The notes under the pieces: generated by a model
Databases searched by the model: none
Told to the model about the DNA's origin: nothing
What the model saw: the letters and a program-made list of their open reading frames with translations, nothing else
Translations under genes and position numbers: made by a program
In this document: positions 1 to 8,759 of the stretch, piece after piece
How the letters are laid out: every line of letters begins with the position of its first letter
Numbering within the stretch: position 1 is the first letter of the stretch
NCBI RefSeq assembly: GCF_943193085.1
Contig: NZ_CALPCU010000023.1
Span: 2,442 to 34,441 of the forward strand
Direction of reading: 5' to 3'
DNA length: 32,000 bases
Source: Vermiculatibacterium agrestimuris
Lineage (GTDB): Bacteria; Bacillota; Clostridia; Oscillospirales; Oscillospiraceae

Positions 1-2
1 AG

Positions 3-347
3 GTGGACGGCGACACCCTCAAGGTCACCAAGGAGATGGAGGACGGCAAGGCCGTCATCGGCATCAAGTTCCCCTGTGTGATTACATACACCAAGCCCGC
101 CTGGGATCCCCGCTATCCCACCATCAAGCGGAAGATGGCCGCCAACCGGGCTGAGATCCCCACTCTGGACGACACCATGTTCCCCGAGATGGATACCACC
201 CGCATCGGCCTGAAAGGCTCTCCCACCCATGTGAAGAAGACCTTCGTGCCCCAGAAGAAGACCGGCGGCGTGAAGATCCAGGAGGCCGACAACGAGACCA
301 GCGCCAAGAAGCTCTTCGAGCTGCTCAGCGGCGCCAGCATTATTTAA
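3..347 (+). CDS. etfB: Electron transfer flavoprotein beta subunit, C-terminal part (5' end lies left of the window)
   Basis: The ORF is open to the window edge. The C-terminal sequence is EtfB-like (..YPTIKRKMAANRAEIPT..GSPT..). etfA follows 15 nt later. GC3-rich codons match the host. Confidence 0.88.
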   Translation: MDGDTLKVTKEMEDGKAVIGIKFPCVITYTKPAWDPRYPTIKRKMAANRAEIPTLDDTMFPEMDTTRIGLKGSPTHVKKTFVPQKKTGGVKIQEADNETSAKKLFELLSGASII

Positions 348-362
348 GGGAGGGGACGTACA

Positions 363-1367
363 ATGGAAGCAAAGACCAAAGACCTGTGGGTATTTGTTGA
401 GACCAACGAGGACGGCACCGCCAAGAACGTGGGCATTGAGCTGCTCAGCCCCGGCAAGATGATGGCTGGCAAGCAGGGCGGCCAGCTGGTGGCCGTTGTC
501 ATCGGCAGCGGCGTGGACGCCGCCGTCAACGACGCCGCCACCCATGGCGCCGACAAGGTGATCGTGGTGGACGGCCCCGAGTACAAGCAGTACAGCACCG
601 ACGCCTATGCCATCGCGCTGTGCACTCTGGTGGAGAAGTACGGCCCCACCAGCATGATGATCGGCGCCACCAACAACGGCCGCGATCTGGGCCCCCGGGT
701 GTCCTGCCGTCTGAACACCGGCCTCACCGCCGACTGCACCGCCCTGGATATTGATGAGGAGAGCGGCAACGTGGCCTGGACCCGTCCCGCCTTCGGCGGC
801 AACCTGATGGCCACCATCCTCTGCCCCGATCACCGTCCTCAGATTGGCACCGTCCGTCCCGGCGTGTTCAAGAAGGCTGAGGCCACTGCCGCCGCCGCTG
901 AGATCATCAAGGAAGACATCCATGTGGACGCCAAGGATATCCGCACCCAGATCCTGGAGCTGATCCAGGACATGGACAGTGAGAAGGTGGATCTGGAAGG
1001 CGCGGAGATCATCGTCTCCGGCGGCCGCGGCGTGGGCGGCCCCGAGGGCTTCGCCCCCGTGAAGGCCCTGGCCGACGTGCTGGGCGCCACCGTGGGCGCT
1101 TCCCGTGCCGCCGTGGACGCCGGCTGGATCGCCCACAGCCACCAGGTGGGCCAGACCGGTAAGACCGTCGGCCCCAAGCTGTACATCGCCTGCGGCATCT
1201 CCGGCGCCATTCAGCACCTGGCCGGTATGAGCGGCTCTGACTGCATCGTGGCCATCAATAAGGATCCCGACGCCCCCATCTTCGATGTGGCCGACTACGG
1301 CGTGGTGGGCAACCTCTTTGAGGTACTGCCTGTCCTCACTGAGGAGATCAAGAAGGCCCGGGCCTAA
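363..1367 (+). CDS. etfA: Electron transfer flavoprotein alpha subunit (FAD-binding)
   Basis: 334-aa ORF with a GGGAGGGG RBS about 8 nt upstream. C-terminal EtfA FAD-binding signature (..VSGGRGVGGPEGF..LGATVGASRAAVDAGW..QVGQTGKTVGPKLYIACGISGAIQH..). Confidence 0.93.
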   Translation: MEAKTKDLWVFVETNEDGTAKNVGIELLSPGKMMAGKQGGQLVAVVIGSGVDAAVNDAATHGADKVIVVDGPEYKQYSTDAYAIALCTLVEKYGPTSMMIGATNNGRDLGPRVSCRLNTGLTADCTALDIDEESGNVAWTRPAFGGNLMATILCPDHRPQIGTVRPGVFKKAEATAAAAEIIKEDIHVDAKDIRTQILELIQDMDSEKVDLEGAEIIVSGGRGVGGPEGFAPVKALADVLGATVGASRAAVDAGWIAHSHQVGQTGKTVGPKLYIACGISGAIQHLAGMSGSDCIVAINKDPDAPIFDVADYGVVGNLFEVLPVLTEEIKKARA

Positions 1368-1490
1368 GCGAAACAATATCCCTTGTTCGTTCCTTGCGCC
1401 GCCCTCCCCGAGCATCTGAGAGCGGCGCAAGGTCATATTTAGACATTGTCTAAAACTTCACAATTGGCCAATTAAAAGGAGGAAAACAGT

Positions 1491-2633
1491 ATGGATTTTC
1501 ATTTTAGCGCGGAAGAGCAGGAAATTCTGGATATGCTCCATGATTTCTGCCTGAAGGAGGTCGCCCCCATCGCCGCCGAGGTGGATGAGAACGAGCGCTT
1601 CCCTGAGGAGACCTGGCACAAGCTGGCTGAGATGGGCATGATGGGCGTTCCCTTCCCCGAGGAGTACGGCGGGGCCGGCCTGACCTATCTCAACTACATC
1701 GGCGTGTGTGAGGAGCTGGCCAAGCACTGCGCCACCACCTCCGTGATGGTCTCCGCCCACACCTCCCTGTGCGCCTGGCCCATTTTCAACTTCGGCACCG
1801 AGGAGCAGAAGGCGAAGTATCTGCCGCCCCTGGCCACCGGCGAGAAGCTGGGCGCCTTCGGCCTGACTGAGCCCGGCGCCGGCACCGACGCCGCCATGCA
1901 GAAGACCACCGCCGAGGATAAGGGCGACCACTGGGTGCTCAACGGTTCCAAGATCTTCATCACCAACGCCGGCTTTGCCGACGTGTTCGTGGTCTTCGCC
2001 ATGACCGACAAGAGCCTGGGCACCAAGGGCATCTCCGCCTTTATCGTGGAGAAGGACTTCCCCGGCTTCAAGGTGGGCGCCCACGAGAAGAAGATGGGCA
2101 TCCGCGGCTCCTCCACCTGCGAGCTTGTCTTTGAGGACTGCATCGTGCCCAAGGAGAACCTGCTGGGCGAGCTGAACAAGGGCTTCAAGGTGGCCATGAT
2201 GACCCTGGACGGCGGCCGGATCGGCATTGCCGCCCAGGCTCTGGGTATCGCCCAGGCCGCCATCGACGAGTGCGTGAAGTACACCAGCGAGCGCGTCCAG
2301 TTTGGCAAGCGCATCAGCCAGTTCCAGAACACCCAGTTCCAGCTGGCCGACATGCAGGCCAGGACCGACGCCGCCCGGCTGCTGGTCTACCGGGCCGCCC
2401 AGGCCAAGCAGGATCACGAGCCCCACAGCCACCTGGCCGCCATGGCCAAGCTGGTGGCCGCTGAGACTGCCTCCGACGTGACCCGCCGCGCTCTTCAGCT
2501 CACCGGCGGTTACGGCTACACCCGGGAGTATCCCTTCGAGCGGTTTATGCGCGACGCCAAGATCACCGAGATCTATGAGGGCACCAGCGAAGTCCAGCGC
2601 ATGGTCATCTCCGGCTGGATGGGCGTGAAATAA
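1491..2633 (+). CDS. Short-chain (butyryl-CoA-type) acyl-CoA dehydrogenase
   Basis: 380-aa ORF with an AAAGGAGGAAAA RBS. ACAD motifs are present (..GLTEPGAGTDA.., ..YEGTSEVQRMVI..). It lies directly downstream of etfBA. Confidence 0.93.
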   Translation: MDFHFSAEEQEILDMLHDFCLKEVAPIAAEVDENERFPEETWHKLAEMGMMGVPFPEEYGGAGLTYLNYIGVCEELAKHCATTSVMVSAHTSLCAWPIFNFGTEEQKAKYLPPLATGEKLGAFGLTEPGAGTDAAMQKTTAEDKGDHWVLNGSKIFITNAGFADVFVVFAMTDKSLGTKGISAFIVEKDFPGFKVGAHEKKMGIRGSSTCELVFEDCIVPKENLLGELNKGFKVAMMTLDGGRIGIAAQALGIAQAAIDECVKYTSERVQFGKRISQFQNTQFQLADMQARTDAARLLVYRAAQAKQDHEPHSHLAAMAKLVAAETASDVTRRALQLTGGYGYTREYPFERFMRDAKITEIYEGTSEVQRMVISGWMGVK

Positions 2634-2660
2634 GGCGCTCACGGCAAAAAATTGAAGCAA

Positions 2661-2697
2661 AAAAAGGCCCGTCCCCTGGGGGACGGGCCTTTTTTGC
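2661..2697. terminator. Bidirectional intrinsic terminator between the acyl-CoA dehydrogenase (+) and sodC (-)
   Basis: aaaaaGGCCCGTCCCCtgggGGACGGGCCtttttt: a GC stem flanked by an A-run and a T-run, sitting between convergent genes. Confidence 0.8.
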
Positions 2698-2747
2698 TTT
2701 TTCCCGTAATGGAGACGCAAGAGCAAGCGCGGGGACGGAGCTGACTC

Positions 2748-3269
2748 TTACGGACGGGAACTTGCCGTTCCACGGATCACGCCGCAGGCGATCTTCGTGC
2801 CGGAATTGCCCGATGGCTGCGTGGTAAAATCATCCGGGTGGTCGTGGATGATGACCGTTCTGCCGATCACCTCATTTACATCAAAGCGATCCGTGAGAAA
2901 CACACAGAGGGCAAACCCGTCGTTTTCAAACAGCGGCGGCAGGTCGCCGGCGTGGTACGGATGGGCGCAGTCGCCCGGATCGTAGTGGGACATGGCGTCC
3001 GCAAAGGGATCGTCCATGCTGCCTGCACAGTCGGTTCCCTTATGAATGTGGAACCCGAAGATCCGCCCCTGGCAGGGGAGGTCGGAATGGGGAAGACCGC
3101 TGATTTCGGCCCGGACGATCACGCCCGCGCAGGTTTGATAGAATCGCACGCTGCCTGATATATCGGGGTAGCTTTCGCTGCCCACGATTTTTGCCGCCGC
3201 CCGCGGTCTGCCGCGCAGGACGGAGAGAAGATGGAGCTTTGAATTGCCGCAGGACGAAAAATGATCCAT
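2748..3269 (-). CDS. sodC: Cu/Zn superoxide dismutase family protein (no signal peptide visible)
   Basis: 173-aa ORF with an AGGAGG RBS 7 nt upstream of the ATG. Cu/Zn-SOD ligand pattern: GFHIH..., H..D...H....HAGDLP, VIIHDHPDD...QPSGNSGTKIACGVI. Confidence 0.85.
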   Translation of the reverse strand: MDHFSSCGNSKLHLLSVLRGRPRAAAKIVGSESYPDISGSVRFYQTCAGVIVRAEISGLPHSDLPCQGRIFGFHIHKGTDCAGSMDDPFADAMSHYDPGDCAHPYHAGDLPPLFENDGFALCVFLTDRFDVNEVIGRTVIIHDHPDDFTTQPSGNSGTKIACGVIRGTASSRP

Positions 3270-3288
3270 AGAAATCCTCCTTTTTACC

Positions 3289-3318
3289 AGATTATGCGGA
3301 GGATAGCGTCCTTGACAA
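3289..3318 (-). promoter_or_regulatory. Candidate sigma-70-type promoter for sodC
   Basis: Minus strand reads TTGTCA, an 18-nt spacer, then TAATCT, just upstream of the sodC RBS. Confidence 0.3.
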
Positions 3319-3332
3319 CCATTTTAGAGCTT

Positions 3333-3407
3333 ATCGTGAAGCAGCTCTGCGAAGGTTTGTGGGTGCTCCACTCCCTGGCCGCCGTTCACCGGGATATCAA
3401 GCCGGAG
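3333..3407 (+). pseudogene. Relic fragment of a Ser/Thr kinase gene (catalytic-loop region only)
   Basis: Translates to IVKQLCEGLWVLHSLAAVHRDIKPE. The intact kinase at about 8377-8451 reads IVKQLCGGLWVLHSLAAVHRDIKPE. The DNA is clearly homologous, and there is no start or remaining gene around the fragment. Confidence 0.65.
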
Positions 3408-3422
3408 ATGGATCGCTCTTTT

Positions 3423-5639
3423 TTACATCGTGTGGTTATACATCCGCACGATGGTGACGACGGACTGCTCCCGGGTGTAGGACTGTTGGGGGGAGAACTG
3501 GTTGTTGCCTGTGCCGCTCATGATGCCGCTGAGCTGCATCTGTCCCACGGCGGCGCTCGCCCAACCGGCCACGGAGCCGTTGTCGTCGAAGGTGGGAGCG
3601 CTGTCCGTCAGGGGTTTCCCCAGGGCTGCCGCCAGCCGGGAGAGCATGGTGGCGGCCTGCTCCCTTGTCAGCTGACCGTTGGGATCAAACAACTCATTTC
3701 CCACACCATTGACCACTTTGGCCGAGGCCATGCGGAGAATGGCGGGGTCGGTGGTGTCGGTGAAGGTGACGGTGGCGTCTACCGGAGCCGCGCCGCCCTT
3801 CACCTTGGTATAGAGCGCATCGGCCAGCAGGCAGAACTCCCGGCGGGTGATGGGCTGGTCGTAGGCGCTTTGCAGCTCGGCGGGCAGAAGCCCTTCCGCA
3901 ATGGCCTGCTCTACAAAAACCTTGGCCCAACCGGCAGGCTCAGCGGCCCCTGTGGCGGGCTGCTGGGGGTTGGGGGCCGCGCCGGGGGCAAAGATGGCTT
4001 CAAATTCATAGTTGTCCCGGATGTTGGAGATGGTGTAGGTGTTGTTCACAAGGCCGTTTGTCCCCACGCTCTTGCCGTTGATCTTGATGTCAGAGACATG
4101 GTAGGCGGTGGGGTCGTAGGGGGTCATGACAAAGGTGACGCTGGAGCCCTCCTTGGCCGTGAACCGGCTGTTGCCGCTGTAAGGGTCCCGGCTAATACCG
4201 TCGGAGGTCTTTACCGTGCCGTAGCTATTGTCGCTCCTATTTGCGATCACATAACCCCCGTCATAGAGATATTTGATGGACAGGGGGATGTCGGCGGTGA
4301 TGGTATTCTGCTCTTTGGAGTCCGGGTAATAGGCGGTGAACTTCAGCACACCCTCCACCACGCCGGGACTCCAGCTTCCGGAGTCCGCCCATACGATCAC
4401 CTCGGTGGATTCGCCAGCCTTCACCATTCTGTAGTCAGAGCCGATAGTAGTCTTAAAGATCCTGTCCTTGTCCTTCCGCTCGCAGGCGGAGGTGTCCACC
4501 TCCGCCTCCAGCCGGAAGGGAAGGCTGCCCTGGTTGGTGATGGTGATGGTCTCTTTCTCTGCTTTGTGAAAGCCCGCGCCCTCAAAGGGAACATCCGAGA
4601 CGCCGAAATCTATGGAGCCGGCGCTGATGGTCCAGTCGATGTCCCCCTTCTTCACATCGGACAGATCCTTGACCTCGTAATCCACGGTGAGAAAGTCCGA
4701 AATGTTCAGGGAGGTGCCGGACTTGCCCACACCAAAGCCACCGCCCACCATGCCGGACCAGGCGTAGCCGTCCAGCAGGAGTCTGGCCTCCATATGGGCG
4801 GTACCGGAGGCCGCGTCCCATGTATCGAGGCGCACCTTGAGGTCTCTGGACTCTCCGGGGGCCAGATCCTTACTGCCGTAGTCGTAGACATGCAGCACTT
4901 TGTCATCGCATTTAAGCCCGCCCCGGTAGTCGAGGTCCACGGAGTGGCTGCCGTTGTTGGTAATGGTGATGGTGATGGGGTCCACCTTGTCTCCCACAAA
5001 GCAGGAGCCAAAGTCCACATGGCTGGGGCTGATGGAAATGCCATACTGGCTTTTGGCCTCGCTGGGGGAGAGGGTACCGGCGTCGCCGCTGCCGGAGGAG
5101 GTGCCGCCGGGCTGGGTCTGGACGCCTTGATAGCGGTTGCCCCACTCGTCCACAAACACATTGTCGCCGTAGTTGCCGGAACCAGAGGAGGAGTTAGCTT
5201 CCACCAGAGTGAATTGGGGCAGGAACTGGATCATACTTTCCACAGGTGCATCGTCAAAAAGAATATAGAAGAAATCCTCATACGCCTTATAGTCCCTGCC
5301 TGCGGGGACGGTGTACTGAATGGTCACATCGGCGCTGTCCCCAGGCTGGATGGAGATGGCGGGCAGATGGTAGACAAGGCCGTTGGCCGTGCTCGTAAAG
5401 GCTTCGGAGGCCAAAGTCTGGGAGCCGGTGTTCTCAATGGAGATGACAAAACTGCCGCACTTGGCCTTTTCCGTCCCGTCATAGGAGATATCTCCCAGGT
5501 CAATGACTTTCTCGCTGGTAGTGTAACCCCAGCCCTCCTCATCGGGTCCGTAGCTGTCCCCAGCCGCAAAAGCCGCGGTGGGCAGCAGGCCAAGACACAG
5601 GGTCAGGGCCAGAAGGGTGGATAGGATACGTTTTTTCAT
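3423..5639 (-). CDS. SLH-domain cell-surface protein with repeated Ig-like (ASH / choice-of-anchor-D-like) modules
   Basis: 738 aa with a GGAAGGAG RBS. Signal peptide MKKRILSTLLALTLCLGLLPTAAFA. Repeats of the type (V/I)DFG...ITI(T)N.G. C-terminal SLH repeats (..FTDT..., FDPNGQLTREQAATMLSRL.., FDDNGSVAGWA..). Confidence 0.88.
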   Translation of the reverse strand: MKKRILSTLLALTLCLGLLPTAAFAAGDSYGPDEEGWGYTTSEKVIDLGDISYDGTEKAKCGSFVISIENTGSQTLASEAFTSTANGLVYHLPAISIQPGDSADVTIQYTVPAGRDYKAYEDFFYILFDDAPVESMIQFLPQFTLVEANSSSGSGNYGDNVFVDEWGNRYQGVQTQPGGTSSGSGDAGTLSPSEAKSQYGISISPSHVDFGSCFVGDKVDPITITITNNGSHSVDLDYRGGLKCDDKVLHVYDYGSKDLAPGESRDLKVRLDTWDAASGTAHMEARLLLDGYAWSGMVGGGFGVGKSGTSLNISDFLTVDYEVKDLSDVKKGDIDWTISAGSIDFGVSDVPFEGAGFHKAEKETITITNQGSLPFRLEAEVDTSACERKDKDRIFKTTIGSDYRMVKAGESTEVIVWADSGSWSPGVVEGVLKFTAYYPDSKEQNTITADIPLSIKYLYDGGYVIANRSDNSYGTVKTSDGISRDPYSGNSRFTAKEGSSVTFVMTPYDPTAYHVSDIKINGKSVGTNGLVNNTYTISNIRDNYEFEAIFAPGAAPNPQQPATGAAEPAGWAKVFVEQAIAEGLLPAELQSAYDQPITRREFCLLADALYTKVKGGAAPVDATVTFTDTTDPAILRMASAKVVNGVGNELFDPNGQLTREQAATMLSRLAAALGKPLTDSAPTFDDNGSVAGWASAAVGQMQLSGIMSGTGNNQFSPQQSYTREQSVVTIVRMYNHTM

Positions 5640-5659
5640 GGTGTGTTCTCCTTCCTTTG

Positions 5660-7501
5660 CTACAGCGTCATATCGTAAAGCCGCATGAGGGTAACGATGG
5701 ACTGCTCCCAGCTATAGGGCCCCTGGGGGCCGAACTGGTTATTGCCCAGGCCGCTCATAATACCGGCGGCCTGCATCTCTCCCACGGCCTCGCTGGCCCA
5801 GGAGGCGATGGAGCCGTTGTCGTCAAAGGTGGGAGCAGCCTTGTCCAGATCGATGCCCAGCACCCCCGCCAGCCGGGAGAGGATGGCGGCGGCCTGCTCT
5901 CTTGTCAGCTGACCGTCGGGGTCAAAAGTCTCTGCCCCCACGCCGGTGACTACCCCCAGGTAGGCCATCTCCCGCACCTCGCGGCTGCTGGTATCGGTGA
6001 AGGTGGGCGGCTCGATGGAGGAAGCATTTGCCCCGGAGAATGGGTTTTCGTGGTAGTCCACCGCCGTTTTATAGAGCTGTGCCGCCAGTTTGCAGAAATC
6101 CGCCCGGCTGATGGGGTCGTCAAAACTGCTGCCAGGCAGTTCGGTGTCCACCCCGCCGCCGCCGTGGAAGCCGGGCATCCCATTGGGGTGGAACAGGCCC
6201 AAGGTGTAGGCCCGGCCAATGGCGTCCCGTGCCCAGTCGGCGGGAGGCTTTTGGCCGGAGGCGATGGCCACCTTGATCCGCTGGTCCCCGGACACATTTT
6301 CAAAGGTGATGACGTCGTCATGCCCGATATAGTCGTAGCCGTCGGCGTCACTGTTCCCCCGGCGCTTAGCCACTGCCAGCACATAGCCGTGCTCCTTGTC
6401 AAAGGGCACCGCCTTCAAGCTGAGGCTCTCCCCGACAGGAATGTCGAATCTCTCGTTGCCCCAGTAGGTGGTGGCGCCGTCCATGGAGGTAAGGTACCCG
6501 GAGGGACCCGCAGGGGATTCCAGCCCCAGACTCACGGATATCTTGCCATCCTTGGTGGTCTGGACATGGATGGGAATTTTGATCTTCCCATTGTGGCTCT
6601 GCCGGTTGCCGCCACCCTCCACCCTGTAGAGCCACTCCAGCTCCAATTCCTCGTCGTGAGAATAGGACCAAGTTTCCGCCGGGGTAGCGGCAATGGTAAG
6701 GGTCATACTCTCACCGGGGGCCAAAGTGGTGGTGGGCAGGGTTTTTTGGCCGTTGATGCGGAGAAAGGAGGCCAGCCCATAGCCCCGCAGCTCCACCTCC
6801 CAGTCGGAGGTGTTGGTGACGGTGAAGGTCTGCTCCTGGGTGGTGCCGCATTCCACCGCCGTGAAATCCAGAGATTCTTGGCTCACGGTGATGGGCACAT
6901 CGCCGCCCATGTCCCCGTCGTAGGTGATGGTATAGGTCACTTCAAAATCGCAGCTCAGATCCCAGGCCTTCAGGGCGGAATGGTTGGCCGGGTAGGTGTA
7001 GGAGAAGTCCAAGCTGAAGGAGGCCCGGTGGGTCTTGGCGTCCATATTGGGCAGGGCCTCGATATTCAGGTGGTAGGTGTGGCCCGGCTCCAGCTCGTAG
7101 ACGGGTATATCGAAGTTCAGGTTGCTCTGCTTTTTGTACTCGTCTCCCTCGATTGTGACAACCACGGCATAGACCCCGGTGCTGATGAGGTAGAGGCTTT
7201 TGTCTCCCTTGTTGGTCATGGTGATGGTCTTGGCCGGAGGAGTGGTGTAGCCGTACTCGGCGCTGCCCAGGTCAATAGAGCCGTTCTCCCCTTCGCTGAA
7301 GGAGAGCGCATATCCCTTTTCAGCGGCCTCGGCCAGGTCGTCGATGTGGTCGTTATAGGGGTCCGTGGGGGGACGCTCCCCAGGGGAGCCGCCGCCGATC
7401 ACGATGTTGGGTGTGCAGTCCTCCTCCGCCAAAGCGGCGGCGGGCAGCAGGCCCAGACACAGGGTCAGGGCCAGAAGGGTGGATAGGATACGTTTTTTCG
7501 T
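5660..7501 (-). CDS. SLH-domain cell-surface protein, paralog of 3423..5639; the start-codon position is ACG instead of ATG (possibly inactivated)
   Basis: Same architecture and C-terminal SLH repeats as the neighbour. The frame is open from a TAA 6 codons upstream of 7501. An AAGGAGG RBS and a complete signal peptide are encoded at 7433-7498, but the codon at 7501-7499 is ACG. The first canonical start (TTG at 7432) would remove the signal peptide. Confidence 0.6.
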   Translation of the reverse strand, partial: TKKRILSTLLALTLCLGLLPAAALAEEDCTPNIVIGGGSPGERPPTDPYNDHIDDLAEAAEKGYALSFSEGENGSIDLGSAEYGYTTPPAKTITMTNKGDKSLYLISTGVYAVVVTIEGDEYKKQSNLNFDIPVYELEPGHTYHLNIEALPNMDAKTHRASFSLDFSYTYPANHSALKAWDLSCDFEVTYTITYDGDMGGDVPITVSQESLDFTAVECGTTQEQTFTVTNTSDWEVELRGYGLASFLRINGQKTLPTTTLAPGESMTLTIAATPAETWSYSHDEELELEWLYRVEGGGNRQSHNGKIKIPIHVQTTKDGKISVSLGLESPAGPSGYLTSMDGATTYWGNERFDIPVGESLSLKAVPFDKEHGYVLAVAKRRGNSDADGYDYIGHDDVITFENVSGDQRIKVAIASGQKPPADWARDAIGRAYTLGLFHPNGMPGFHGGGGVDTELPGSSFDDPISRADFCKLAAQLYKTAVDYHENPFSGANASSIEPPTFTDTSSREVREMAYLGVVTGVGAETFDPDGQLTREQAAAILSRLAGVLGIDLDKAAPTFDDNGSIASWASEAVGEMQAAGIMSGLGNNQFGPQGPYSWEQSIVTLMRLYDMTL

Positions 7502-7519
7502 GGTAGGTTCCTCCTTGCG

Positions 7520-7945
7520 TTAAAATAGGGTCTTCTCTCCCTCTGTAAACAGCTTGTCATTGATTTGGGACAGGCTGGTGCGGTGGATAATGCCGTGGAT
7601 GATGATGGCGTCCCGCTTGTTGGCGGGATAGAGCTGGGCATAGATGGCCTGCTTCAAAAGCCGCTGGGTCTCCTCCAAAGTGGCCTCCAGCCCGATACAC
7701 AGGCACAAAAGCCGGTCCCGGCTGGGGGTGCGGCGGCCGGAAAAGACCTGATGGACATAGACCTCGCTCATGCCTGCCTGCTTGGCAAGGGCCGCCTTGG
7801 GGACGGACTTGCGCTGGTACAGCTCTCCCAGCAGCTCGATGACCGTCTTATCCACAAAAAGGGCCTGGTTTTCCTTGATATAGGTATCGATGTCGGCGGC
7901 GTTCATCAGCTCCCGCTTCAGATCGTCGGTGGTTTTTTCCTTCAC
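7520..7945 (-). CDS. XRE-family helix-turn-helix transcriptional regulator
   Basis: GTG start at 7945 preceded by GGAGGTG with an 8-nt spacer. HTH core ..VPKAALAKQAGMSEVYVHQVFSGRRTPSRDRLL... The 488-aa ORF in the track is an upstream read-through; an alternative ATG lies at 7906. Confidence 0.75.
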   Translation of the reverse strand: MKEKTTDDLKRELMNAADIDTYIKENQALFVDKTVIELLGELYQRKSVPKAALAKQAGMSEVYVHQVFSGRRTPSRDRLLCLCIGLEATLEETQRLLKQAIYAQLYPANKRDAIIIHGIIHRTSLSQINDKLFTEGEKTLF

Positions 7946-7960
7946 CGTCTTCACCTCCAC

Positions 7961-7989
7961 TTTACTTTTCAAAAGGAATCTTCTATAAT
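7961..7989 (+). promoter_or_regulatory. Candidate promoter for the kinase operon
   Basis: TTTACT, a 17-nt spacer, then a perfect TATAAT (7984-7989), in the divergent intergenic region. Confidence 0.4.
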
Positions 7990-8005
7990 AATTTACAGGA
8001 TTTTT

Positions 8006-8758
8006 ATGTGGAAAACAATATGCTGGCTGCATAGTAACGCAAATTTTGGGGTGATCCTTATTTACACCTGGTTGACAAATACGCTTCGGGAGGAATATGA
8101 AGAGGTTCGCCTTCTGAAGGAAAGCCCCCGGGGCAGCGTGCGCTCCATCCGCCATAAGGCCACCGGGCGGCAGTTTATCCTCCGGCGGTTCGCAGGGAAC
8201 CCGGAGGTCTATCAAAAGCTGCTGGAGGTCTCCTGCCCCAACCTGCCCACGGTGTACGAGGTGGCAGTGGGGGAGTCTGACAATCTGGTGCTGGAGGAGT
8301 TTATCCAGGGGGATACCCTGGGCTTTCTTCTGCAGGCTTCTCTCTTTACCCCGGAGGAGACCCGGCGGATCGTAAAGCAGCTCTGCGGGGGGCTGTGGGT
8401 GCTCCATTCCCTGGCCGCCGTCCACCGGGACATCAAGCCGGAAAACGTGATCCTCCGGGGCTCGGACGCCATCCTCATCGACTTCGACGCCGCCCGGCTC
8501 CACAAGGAGACCCATGATACCGACACCCAGATCCTGGGGACCACGGGCTTCGCCGCCCCGGAGCAATATGGCCTTTCCCAGTCCGACCTGCGGACTGATA
8601 TTTACTCCCTGGGTATCCTCATCAACGTGATGCTCACCGGGGAGCACCCCTCCAAAAAGCAGGCGGAGGGCAAGCTGGGCCGGGTGGTGGAGAGGTGTAC
8701 CCATGTGAACCCGGAAAAGCGGTATAAAAACGTGCTTCGGCTGATGGAGGAGCTTTGA
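8006..8758 (+). CDS. Small cytoplasmic Ser/Thr protein kinase-like protein (catalytic domain only)
   Basis: HRDIKPEN catalytic loop, DFD in place of DFG, and GTTGFAAPEQ (APE). The start is uncertain: ATG 8006 has a weak AGGA RBS, and in-frame TTG 8072 is an alternative. The stop is 1 nt before the next gene's ATG. Confidence 0.8.
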   Translation: MWKTICWLHSNANFGVILIYTWLTNTLREEYEEVRLLKESPRGSVRSIRHKATGRQFILRRFAGNPEVYQKLLEVSCPNLPTVYEVAVGESDNLVLEEFIQGDTLGFLLQASLFTPEETRRIVKQLCGGLWVLHSLAAVHRDIKPENVILRGSDAILIDFDAARLHKETHDTDTQILGTTGFAAPEQYGLSQSDLRTDIYSLGILINVMLTGEHPSKKQAEGKLGRVVERCTHVNPEKRYKNVLRLMEEL

Positions 8759-8759
8759 G

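Noticed and set aside
1392-1432. Inverted repeat CCTTGCGCCGC...GCGGCGCAAGG between etfA and the dehydrogenase.
   Set aside because: The loop is 19 nt and there is no T-run. It may be an RNA processing or stability element, but I cannot support a terminator call.
1458-2726. 422-aa ORF antisense to the acyl-CoA dehydrogenase.
   Set aside because: The translation is G/A/L/H-rich and low-complexity, with no RBS, and it completely overlaps a strongly supported gene. This is a typical high-GC shadow ORF.
3261-7486. 787-aa and 609-aa + strand ORFs antisense to the two SLH genes.
   Set aside because: The translations are Gly/Val/Ala-rich junk mirroring the SLH genes. Only the first about 50 codons (the kinase relic at 3333-3407) have real homology, and that piece is reported separately.
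8072-8077. TTGACA hexamer that looks like a -35 box.
   Set aside because: There is no acceptable -10 at 16-18 nt, and it lies inside or at the start of the kinase reading frame. It is kept only as an alternative TTG start codon.
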